From the NCBI GenBank assembly GCA_019828565.1, contig JAHDYR010000038.1:78735-142734 (forward strand): a stretch of DNA of 64,000 bases, written 5' to 3'. Each line of letters opens with the position of its first letter. The stretch's first letter is position 1. Shown here one piece after another: positions 44,561-54,095 of this stretch. Both the position numbers and the translations under genes were made by a program. Source of the stretch: Carpediemonas membranifera BICM. Its lineage: Eukaryota > Protista > Fornicata. A model generated the notes under the pieces. The model made no database searches, was not told where the DNA came from, and saw only the letters and a list, made by a program, of their open reading frames with translations.

Positions 44561-45706
44561 TCACGCCAAGTCCATCACCCCGAACCCGAGTCTGTTTGCC
44601 TCGTTCACGGACCCCATGTACAACCGCTGCTCCTGAGCAACAAAGAAGGAATCTCCGGTTGGCCCCCAGCAACTGCCGCACGTCTCGCCAAACTGGTCAC
44701 GGGCGACAGAGACGATCTGCCGCTTAATTATTGGAAGCTCGTGACTTACGCTCAGACCGCGAGCAATGTCCTTGAAAGGCCGCACGTCCACAATCTCTGC
44801 CACCCGATCGTGTTCTCCCACGAGAAGCAAATTATATTCCTTATTGGGGGAGAACTTCAAGGACCTCACAGCACCGTGCGAGGAGTGCTGGGTCGACTGA
44901 ATAACTACCAGAGGGCTCGGTGTCGACTCCCGTAACACCTCGGCAACACTAAAGAGGTGCGTGTACCCGTTCTGTGTTCCCACGGCTAGTAGGATGCCGT
45001 CTGGGCTGAAGTCTGCGGCCACAGAGACATCGTCATGGATCCTAACGCCCGGGATCTTGGTGTTAAACTGCCTGACCCTGGACAGACTGGTGTGGGCGTC
45101 GTTGATCTTGTACAGCACCACCTCCTCGGAGTCACCCACCACTAGGACGTACTTGCCGTCTGGGGAGCCTGTGATGTAGTTAGCTGGAACATGGTGAACT
45201 TTCCTCGTTACATATTCGGCCCTTCCCTCGCTCGGGAGGATTCGGTAGACTCGAACGGACTTATCATTGCTACACGTGTACAGGAAAGTATCCTCCCCGT
45301 GCTGGATGAGTGCTACGTTGTTCACCGTCTGAGATCCGATGTCCGTGATGTGGATGAGGGGGGCCTGTCCCTCTGACTCAACGTCATAAATGTCCACCAC
45401 GCCCGCATGCCCACCGACAGCTAGGAGGTGGCCTGCGGTGTCTATGGTGGTGGGGGCCCAGCCGAGCTCGAAGCGCTGGGCTGAGCGGGCGTTGGGCTGG
45501 CCAACAGGGCCAAAGCGGTTGATGTAGTCGAAACGAGTGCCGTCATGAGTTTCAGAGGATGATACTGTCCATAAGTACACATCTTCGTTAACCTTGGCGC
45601 ATTTGACGAGGTCCCGGAGCTGCCAGTGTTGGATTCGCGTGGAATGGAGCGCATGTGGCCGTTCTTTGACCATGAATGAGCTCTTAACTTCAGGAATGGC
45701 TTCCAT
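44561..45706 (-). CDS. WD40-repeat protein (DUF2415-like)
   Basis: IQHWQLRDLV, CSNDKSVRVY, SPDGK..VVGDS and GAVRSLKFSP..GEH. Confidence 0.85.
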   Translation of the reverse strand: MEAIPEVKSSFMVKERPHALHSTRIQHWQLRDLVKCAKVNEDVYLWTVSSSETHDGTRFDYINRFGPVGQPNARSAQRFELGWAPTTIDTAGHLLAVGGHAGVVDIYDVESEGQAPLIHITDIGSQTVNNVALIQHGEDTFLYTCSNDKSVRVYRILPSEGRAEYVTRKVHHVPANYITGSPDGKYVLVVGDSEEVVLYKINDAHTSLSRVRQFNTKIPGVRIHDDVSVAADFSPDGILLAVGTQNGYTHLFSVAEVLRESTPSPLVVIQSTQHSSHGAVRSLKFSPNKEYNLLLVGEHDRVAEIVDVRPFKDIARGLSVSHELPIIKRQIVSVARDQFGETCGSCWGPTGDSFFVAQEQRLYMGSVNEANRLGFGVMDLA

Positions 45707-45861
45707 TCGTGTGTATATTTCTTGTCATTGCAAGATTAGAACGCCAATTAGTAGATTAAGGCAGAGGGTGTCATCATCACGGCATGACAGGCGATTTACG
45801 GTCCACGTAAACACGGCTATGGCTCAATATGAAGGCATCAGGTAATTCTACTAGAAACAAC

Positions 45862-46320
45862 TCACTTGGCCCACCTCGTGTCTCCCTTGTACTTGGCAAT
45901 AAGCGCCTTTCTCGTCACCAATGGGCTCTGGAAAGCGGGAGACGCCAGCTCGTCGAGATCATCACAATATTGGCGCCCGAAGTCTGTCATGAGGTATGGA
46001 AGGCCGCCAAAGATCATGTCGTGAGGGTGAGATGCCGGGGTTTTGGGGAAACGGCGACGATCGCGGACCCTGGTCGTGGAGGCGACAACAATGGGAGTGT
46101 CGCTTGTCTTCTTTGGTGTAGATCGCATAACTGGTGACTTCGTTGTGCTTTCAGCTTTCCTTTTGTTCACAGTTTCTGAAGGAACCGATGCACGGACAGG
46201 AGATTCTGAAGAATCGATCAGTTGTCCTACATTGGACTCATACATCTCCCTGTATGCCAAAACAAGCTTATTATACCCATAAACTAGACCGCTAAGCCTC
46301 TCCACCGACGATGGCGACAT
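45862..46320 (-). CDS. Hypothetical protein
   Basis: 152-aa ATG-initiated ORF filling the intergenic gap. Confidence 0.45.
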   Translation of the reverse strand: MSPSSVERLSGLVYGYNKLVLAYREMYESNVGQLIDSSESPVRASVPSETVNKRKAESTTKSPVMRSTPKKTSDTPIVVASTTRVRDRRRFPKTPASHPHDMIFGGLPYLMTDFGRQYCDDLDELASPAFQSPLVTRKALIAKYKGDTRWAK

Positions 46321-46505
46321 ATGAGCGGCGAGTTCAAATTCTCTAACATAAAGTGCGAATGACCAATTGCCCCTATACAGTCTGTCTCTGGCACCAGAAC
46401 TTGTTGCATTGCAGTCAACCGTGCTCTATTTACCAGCTAACCCCAGCATTCCTCCAGTATTGCCCGACCAGGGCAATCTAATACATCCACTGCTTGCCTG
46501 CATGC

Positions 46506-47246
46506 TCAGTACGGCTCCGTCCCAGGGCTGTCATAGGGATCTGCCGGCGCACTCTTCTTGGGCCGCCGCTTCGCCGCAGTAGCACTGTTGCTGACTGGAG
46601 CACCGGCCTCACTTGCAGAAGCTGCTGCGGGAGCGGGCCCTTTCACCCCCTGCATGTCCGCAATCAGCGCCTCAGCCTGCTCGTTGCTCCTCATATGCTT
46701 TGTCTTAAGGTGGACCTTCATATTAGCGACGGCCTTTGTGCGATAGTCGCAATCCTTCATCGGACAAGCGAGCCTGGCTTTAGCCGTGGCCCCATCAGCA
46801 TGGACGGACTTGAAGTGAGTCTTGAGGTTCCTGAAGTACTTGTGGCAGAAGGTGCAGTAGAACTTTGACTGAATGTCCTCGTTCATGCGTTCAATCTGGT
46901 CGAAATGCTCTTTCGCCACATGGATGGCGAGGAGGTAGAAGGGGGCATCGCATATATCGCACCAGTACTGCTCGTAACCGTCGTTACGCTCGCAAACCTC
47001 GGGATGCTTCTCCATGAAGTGTTTCTTGAGATATACTGGAAATGATGCCTCAAAACTGAGTGAGGGCTGTTGAATGTTGCTTACCTGCAGTGAGGACAGT
47101 TCAAATTCTTCTTATTACTCTTCTCTGAGTCAATTGGCGTTTCGGCCATCGTTGCGCAAATCTGACTTTTCGTGGACGACCCCGAAGACACACTTCATGC
47201 CTAGCGTGTTACGGGCATTCACGTGTTCCGCCCTGTTCTCGCTCAT
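46506..47246 (-). CDS. C2H2 zinc-finger protein; probable 5' intron at ~47037-47085
   Basis: CDIC..H..H, CTFC..HFKSVH and CPMKDC..HLKTKH; GTAAG..TTCCAG intron upstream. Confidence 0.7.
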
Positions 47247-47266
47247 TTCTCACTTTCCAAAGTCAG

Positions 47267-48268
47267 ATGGAGGTAACTGTCGAAAGCCACCCCAACATTG
47301 CCCTTGTCAAGTACTGGGGGAAAGCAGATGCTGCAACGAACACACCTATTAACGGATCGGTGAGCATTGGAATGCAGAATGTGAAAACAACAACAAACGT
47401 GCATTTGGAGCCTGCAGCAGCACCGTCAATAGAGATGGAGCTGAACGGCATGCCCGTAACGCCTTCCCAGCGTGTTCAAAATATGATAGACTACCTCATC
47501 TCCCTTTCCCCTCCAGCCGCCGAGCTCCTCTCCACCCATTCCCTCAAAATCACGTCATCCAACTCCTTCCCCACAGGTGCCGGCATGGCCTCCAGCGCCA
47601 GCGGTATGGCCGCCCTTGCTGTAGCTCTCAAGACGCTCCTTGCCCCCACCCTTTCCAACCAAACCACTGCGACCCTCGCCCGGTTGGGGTCCGGCTCGGC
47701 GTGTCGGTCGATCCACCCCGGGTTCGTCCGTTGGGATGCTGAGAACGGAATCGTGACTCAGGTGGCGACTGACAAGCACTGGCCTGAACTGAGGCTGCTT
47801 GCCGTGGTGTGTTGTGCCGAGAAGAAAGCCGTAGGAAGCACTGAGGGAATGCTGAGGTCCGCAGCAACATGTCCGTTTATGGATAGACGCGCAGAGGTGG
47901 CTAGTGCAAGACTGGAAGATGTTGAATCTGCGATTATTTCCAAAGATTTCCCGAAACTCGCAGAAGAAGTTATGAGGGACTCAAACGACCTCCACGCCGT
48001 CTGCCTCTCCTCCTACCCACCCATAGTCTACCTCTCGGCCTCATCTCTCGCAGTTATTAACACCGTTCACGCCTTGAACTCTTCCCACAATTCCCCCATT
48101 GCCGCATACACGTTTGACGCTGGACCAAACGCGATGATTCTAACAACAGCAGCTTACTGCAAGCAAGTGAAGTGGGCGCTGAGTGAGCTGAAGCTTGCAG
48201 GGAGTGTGAAAGATATAATCGACATCGGGGTTGGGGGCGGGACGGTGGTTCAACCGATGAAGGAATGA
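47267..48268 (+). CDS. MVD: Mevalonate diphosphate decarboxylase
   Basis: NIALVKYWGK, FPTGAGMASSASG, ARLGSGSACRS and YTFDAGPN. Confidence 0.95.
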   Translation: MEVTVESHPNIALVKYWGKADAATNTPINGSVSIGMQNVKTTTNVHLEPAAAPSIEMELNGMPVTPSQRVQNMIDYLISLSPPAAELLSTHSLKITSSNSFPTGAGMASSASGMAALAVALKTLLAPTLSNQTTATLARLGSGSACRSIHPGFVRWDAENGIVTQVATDKHWPELRLLAVVCCAEKKAVGSTEGMLRSAATCPFMDRRAEVASARLEDVESAIISKDFPKLAEEVMRDSNDLHAVCLSSYPPIVYLSASSLAVINTVHALNSSHNSPIAAYTFDAGPNAMILTTAAYCKQVKWALSELKLAGSVKDIIDIGVGGGTVVQPMKE

Positions 48269-48571
48269 AGCTAGTGATGGCGGATGTATTGATATACTGG
48301 GCTGAGAATATCATAAATATGGTCAGATTGTTCCGGCAGCCGAGTCTATTTTTATCTGTTTTCGTCTCACAAGGCAGGTTCACTTCTTCCAGTCTTAGCG
48401 ACAGAGAGGTTGTCGAGGTCGGAAATGAAACAGGTGGTTGAGGCGTTATTGAGCCCTGGAACGACTCGTGTGCGGACCCACGACTCTCCGTTAAATCTGA
48501 TTTAAGGACATGACTCAAAGCACAGTCGGTTCCGTTCAACAGAATTTTGAACCAGGCGAAAGAAGATCAAT

Positions 48572-49384
48572 ATGGTTAGTAGCGCTTTGAAAGCATAGTG
48601 TAGCTTATATAGGGTTGCGGTGCCTCAAAGAGTGACATTTTGGAGAACGAAGTTCCTGCCGACAAGGTAGAGAAGATGGCTGTTGCCGATCAGAAGGAGG
48701 AAACCCCCAAGGAGGCTCCTAAGGAGACTCCCGTGGAAGAAGCCCCTAAGGAAGAGGCTCCCAAGGAGGAAGCCCCCAAGGAAGAAGAGCCTAAGCCCGA
48801 GGAGCCCAAGCCCGCCACGAAGGGCGTAATTTCCACCGAGGAGTTTGACAAGCTCGAGGACGAGATCCGCTCGCTCATCAACGGTTAGTACCCCTACCTG
48901 CACTTATCCAGAGGGCGGCCGCGAGAAGGCCCTTGAGCTGTGGAACCAGTTCGACTACAACGGCAGCGGCCAGCTTTCCCTTGCCGAGATCGACAAGCAG
49001 ATCACCGAGCAGTATCCCCTGCTTAATAACACCGATGCCCTCATCCGTGCCTTCTACTTCACTACTGTCGGCCGGATGGACACCGAGGCGTATAAGAAGG
49101 CCAATGGCGAGGACGCCTATGTCCAGCTGAACGAGTTCATGAAGCTCCTCCGCAACATCTTCTACTTCAACAAGCTCTGGAGTGTCTTTGATGACATCGA
49201 CACTGACGATGATCGCCGCGTCACTGAGGACGAGTTCGTGGCCGGCGTCGACAAGGCCGGCCTTGACCTGTCATCCGAGGACGCCCGCGCCAAGTTCAAG
49301 GAGATCGACACCAACAACGGCGGTGTGATTCTCTTCGACGAGTTTGTGCAGTTTGTGGCTGAGGCCAAGATCCAGGTCGACTAA
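48572..49384 (+). CDS. Flagellar calcium-binding protein (calflagin-like EF-hand); introns at 48575-48612 and 48884-48911
   Basis: Spliced N-terminus MGCGASK (acylation motif); EF hands DYNGSGQLSLAE, DTDDDRRV and DTNNGGVILFDE. Confidence 0.85.
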
Positions 49385-49582
49385 AGTGTGAACAGCATGA
49401 TAAATACGAGATAGGGAGAATGGCTGGTGGTGCATGCTCACCTGAGATGATCGGGCTGACAGTGCTCCATGGTCTGCCAGGCAACTACAAACCACAGGTT
49501 GTGTCTCTCTTGCTGGCAGAAGAGGCGCACCAACGGAAACGCGCGTTTATCAAAAACAGACAGTGACTCCAATAAAATAACC

Positions 49583-50937
49583 TCAAAACAGGTCCGCTGA
49601 CGGCCTCTTCGCGTCCTTCTTGCCAATCACCGTCTTCCTCGCCCGCTTCATTGGCACTTGCCGCGACCCCCCCAGCACCGTCTTCGTAGCCACCGTAGTG
49701 GTGTTGGTGAGCTTCGTCACCCCAGTCGCAAGCACAGTAGGAATCGTGGCGCCCGTGCTCTTCAGCTGGCACCCGATACAGGACCGGAAATCGTCCTGAA
49801 TGACTCTAGCGCAGTCGAGACAGAGAGCGACGCCGCACGCCGTGCACTGTACCATTTCCCGCTCGGTGGGCAGCTTCTCCTTGCACGCGAGACACCTTTC
49901 ATTCAGGACAACACGCTTGACTTCAGGTACAGGACGAAGATGCGCGGCAGTTCGAGCAATATGTGTGGCACTTACAAGCTGAAGCCTGCATACAGAGCAG
50001 GTGGTGGGAATGTCACAATACGGCGCTGAGCACCGTGGACAGTTATACATCGACTGTCTGTACTCCTTATGACAAGTACACCGCATGATGGTTCCCACGG
50101 TCCTCACTGGGAACCCCATACGGATCAGGGTGGAACGCTGGTCCTCGGGGGCTGCCTTGGGGACACAGTGGTACGCTAGGACGGAGTCTAGCTCCTCTAC
50201 TGTCCGAATAACATGCATATCGCCCTTTGTTTGGCCGCGTGAGCCGCTGTTGTCGCAGAGTTGGCGGAAAGCGTAGACATCGCAGCCGACCATTATGCAG
50301 CTCACTACGATCTCCTTGGCCCTTAGCATGGGGTATAGTTGGCTGAGTGGATCAGGATCTATCGTATATCTCGAGGAAATCAAGGATATGATCTCTCTGG
50401 TGCTGTGGGGCGGCGCATCGTCCAATACCCGCACAGCAGCCTCAACTGCGTTCTGTATGGAGAACTTGCCCGCCGCTGTGAACTTAGCTGCGATGTTCTC
50501 CCTGTGAGTTACGATGGACGACGTCATCGGGCTAATGAGAACGCCAGTCTGGTCGCTGGCCCCGATAATGGCGATCTCACTGGTTGGATTGGAGGCGAAG
50601 AACCTGTTGAGGAAGATTATGAGGTGTTTCCCGAAGACGACGAGGCGGTTTGGACGCAAGTCGCGTTCCTCGACAACCTCTGAGGAGTTGTCGACGAGAA
50701 TGACAACTCTTCGTAAGAGGAAACGGCGCTTTGCATTACCAGCTTGTGATCCTGCAAAGAACTGGGCATCTTTTGCACTGAGTAACCTGTTATTGAGCAA
50801 ACAAACATTGTATCGACAACCAGACGCCCATCGCGCTCTTGAAGCGAATCCCAGGTCCTATGTTATGTATAAACATGAATCGTGACGTACTTTTCAAGCG
50901 TGCGCTCCCAGTTGTGGTGAGCTGCGTGGGAGGACAT
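49583..50937 (-). CDS. GTF2H2: TFIIH subunit p44 / Ssl1, with short 5' introns
   Basis: DLRPNRL, FFASNPTS, SIQNAVE, HSTRE, RMGFP, CPRC..CSVC.LQLVS and a C-terminal C4 finger. The 5' exons are inferred. Confidence 0.88.
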
Positions 50938-51111
50938 CGGCTTGGTTAAAGTGCGTAGTTATTGATTCGGCGTCTTGCTGAGGCGTGGACCGACTTTCAC
51001 ATGGTGCGTGGGTTATAGGCCCGAGCAATAACATGCCTTTACCATTGCATATCGCGAGCTTGATCGAGATTGCGAGAAAAAAGACATCGAGACAAGAATT
51101 CACAGCAGTGC

Positions 51112-52278
51112 ATGGAGGCCATTGAGAAGCATCTCTCCAAGCTCGAAGTGTTGAAACACAACTATATCTCCGAAGGTGGCATCGAAAACCTTCTTAACCA
51201 CCGCTACAACGGTGTAGACCTCAGCATCGTCTCCAAATACGTCCTCCAGCCCTTCTGGAACTGGATAGTTTACGATAAGAAGCTCTCTCCCCAGATTGCA
51301 CCGAACCTCATAACCACCACTGGATTCCTTTGCGTCCTCCTGTCCTACCTGGTCCTCTTCATCTCCTGCCCCTCGATGGATCCCGAGGGCCAGAACTTCC
51401 TCTTCCGTCCCGCAGTCTTCCTCTGCGGCATCTGCCTTTTTGCTTACCAGACGCTGGATGGCATTGACGGCATCCAGGCCCGTAAGACGAAGAACGGCTC
51501 TCCCCTCGGCGCCCTGTTCGACCACGGCATCGACGCGCTCGTCAACGGCTTCGTGGCTGTTCAGACTATCACTGCCATGGGCATCACCGGCCTTGGCGCG
51601 TATTTCCTCTACGTTTGCCTGATGTTTGGCTTCATTGCCTCTACGTGGGAGGAGTATCACACCCACGTTCTATACCTCGGCAAGATCTCGGGCCCCGTCG
51701 AGGGCATCCTTGGCATCATCTTCGCATACTTCTTCATTGCTCTCATTGGCTCAGGATTCTTCGCGGGCGGCTTCAGGCATGCCATTATCTACATCTTTGG
51801 CCTGGTTGGCACCGCTTTCTACATCCGCGGCTCCTTTGACAGGATCAAGACGTCTCTCGTAGCCCACAACACGTACTCCTCCGCCGAGGCCAAGAGGATC
51901 TTCCTCCAACTCGCTCCCTTCGCTGTGTTGGCCGGCACCGGCTTCCTATGGGGCATCATCAACCCCACGATGATGCAGAACTGGCCACGCATGCTCATGT
52001 TCACCGTGGGTCAGGCGCTCGTCATCCTTATCTGTCGTATGATCATTTGCTCCATCACGAAGGAGGAGCTAATCCTGTGGCATCCCCTCCACGGCGTGAT
52101 CATCGGCGCCATGCTTGTTGACTGCTTCCGCGTGTTCCCTAGCTTCCTTGTCCTCTGTGTTGCGATGCTCGTGGCATGGGGCTACTACTTCCACTATGTG
52201 ATCAACCTCGTGGTGCAGCTCAAGAATGTGCTCGGGATCAAGGTGTTTAAGGTCAAGCCGGTTATTCACAACGAGTAA
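51112..52278 (+). CDS. CEPT1: Choline/ethanolamine phosphotransferase
   Basis: APNLITTTG, DGIDGIQARKT..SPLGALFDHGID and multiple TM helices. Confidence 0.9.
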   Translation: MEAIEKHLSKLEVLKHNYISEGGIENLLNHRYNGVDLSIVSKYVLQPFWNWIVYDKKLSPQIAPNLITTTGFLCVLLSYLVLFISCPSMDPEGQNFLFRPAVFLCGICLFAYQTLDGIDGIQARKTKNGSPLGALFDHGIDALVNGFVAVQTITAMGITGLGAYFLYVCLMFGFIASTWEEYHTHVLYLGKISGPVEGILGIIFAYFFIALIGSGFFAGGFRHAIIYIFGLVGTAFYIRGSFDRIKTSLVAHNTYSSAEAKRIFLQLAPFAVLAGTGFLWGIINPTMMQNWPRMLMFTVGQALVILICRMIICSITKEELILWHPLHGVIIGAMLVDCFRVFPSFLVLCVAMLVAWGYYFHYVINLVVQLKNVLGIKVFKVKPVIHNE

Positions 52279-52380
52279 ATTTGTCATTTAGACGATGTAA
52301 GGATGCATGCTCGGTGCGGGTTGACACAAGTGCGATTTGTGACCGAATCTTGGGGTTAATCACGATTTGAGGCGGGAAAT

Positions 52381-54002
52381 ATGGTTAACGACAGTCAGAC
52401 ACTCTCGGGCAGACCGCTATTAGCAGCAGTAGACCAGCTGGCCAGTGCAGTTTTCGGCTTTTTTGGGTGTGCTATTGAAGGGTCAAACAATGTGTTTACA
52501 CTGCGCAACACTGCCCTGTCTCCCTCCTACTCACGTCTTAAGTCGGTAGGGAGTTCGTCTTCTCCAGGGCTTCCACAAAGCGTCTTCTCGTGGACGTCAG
52601 CACAGCTGCAAACATCACAATCGCTCACACGTCGTCTCATTTGTCATTTATCTTTCCTCATTAAATTCACTTCTACACTTGTATATGCTGGTAATGGTGT
52701 TCATCGTCGCCTCATATATGTCATCTTCATCTATGACGGACAGACGGAGTGGAGACGTTGAGTGGCCTCATCAGCCACTTCAACGGGGAGTACTCAATGT
52801 CGCTCCGCCAGCCTCGCCTCGTGCCGATCGTGCCCATGGCCCCCGTCCGACCGGGCTTCATGGCCTACAGTGAAACGATGGGCCTACTGGACGAGAACTT
52901 CTGTCATCGTGTGGGAATTAATCCCACACTCCCACCCAACCGTTGACAGAAGAGCAGGAGGAACCATACCAGAACAACCCCAGGTCAATGGGCCGTCTGC
53001 TCAGCCTGAGCACTGATGGGGTCTGTGTGGCGGTGACGATTAGGAGAGGCTTCGGCCACTATCGGCCACAACATGATGCGAGCATGCCTGTTCGAAAGCG
53101 AGCGAAAGGGCGGGAGAAAAGAAGAAAAGAGCGCCCGCGACTCGGAGAAAATAATGCCGAGGCTCCGCCCGCGCCGGATCCTGATGCCCACCTCATGGGG
53201 TTCGACCCGGGCGCGAGGTCCATCGGAGGGTATTACATCAGGCACCCCGATGGCACCACCAGCTCCGGCGTCCTTCCAAAGTGCGGATACACTAAGACGC
53301 CATGTTTCGGCTTTGATATGACGGCCGCGTCGTTCAAGAGCACAAGACTAGTGAGTATCAACAACTCTATTAGGTTTGTGCTGGACAACGCGAACGACAT
53401 TTTCGAGGCTGGCATGCGTAAGTCTTTTCGCCGAGTGCGCTTTGCGAACCACATCCTTCGCCAGAAGCACTTCGCCCGCTGCGGCCAACAGTTGGCTCGG
53501 CAGTTCGGTCGCCACCCATCGCCCCCCCATTCGCCTGAAAGTCTTCTACAGGAGCTCGGGATTCACCACGCCTGCTGGTATGTTCATTCCTTGCGCGCCA
53601 TATCGAAAGTTCGCGAGAGAGATAGTACCCCTTCTCAAGAGGTATAACATTGTCGTCGATCTTAACATGGTTAACGAGGACCGCACCACCGTCGTCTGCC
53701 CTCACTGCCACGCCCCCTACAAGCGAGTTCGTCCGCGTGATGACCAGCACGTTCACCCACATCGTGTGATGCTCTGCGAAAATCCACAGTGCCGTGGTGC
53801 TCAGTGGCGCGCAACAGTTCCTGATGCTCTGAATGTTGATCATCGGGACAAGAGTGCTGCAGAGAACATCCTGTGGCGTTCTCTTGCCACGGAAGATGAG
53901 CTCAGTGGCTCTCCGTTCAGTCGCACATCGATCCCGCGCCTTCCAACATCATTCCAGTATCATCAATTGGCTAACCGCCAACATTCGTCTACGGACGGAT
54001 GA
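52381..54002 (+). CDS. Fanzor (eukaryotic TnpB-like RNA-guided RuvC nuclease), Fanzor1-like; frame breaks near 52750, 52930 and 53525
   Basis: STDGVCVAV, RuvC-I GFDPG, RRVRFANHILRQK, RuvC-II VNEDRTT, CPHC..CENPQC and RuvC-III HRDKSAAENI. The 5' extent (52381-52750) is tentative. Confidence 0.8.
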
Positions 54003-54095
54003 TGTTGTGCAGTTTGGCACTTTGATCGTTCCTTTCAGGCCCTGTCTTGGAGGTTCGAAAAATGCGTTTATACTGCGCAACATTGGGAACAACCA

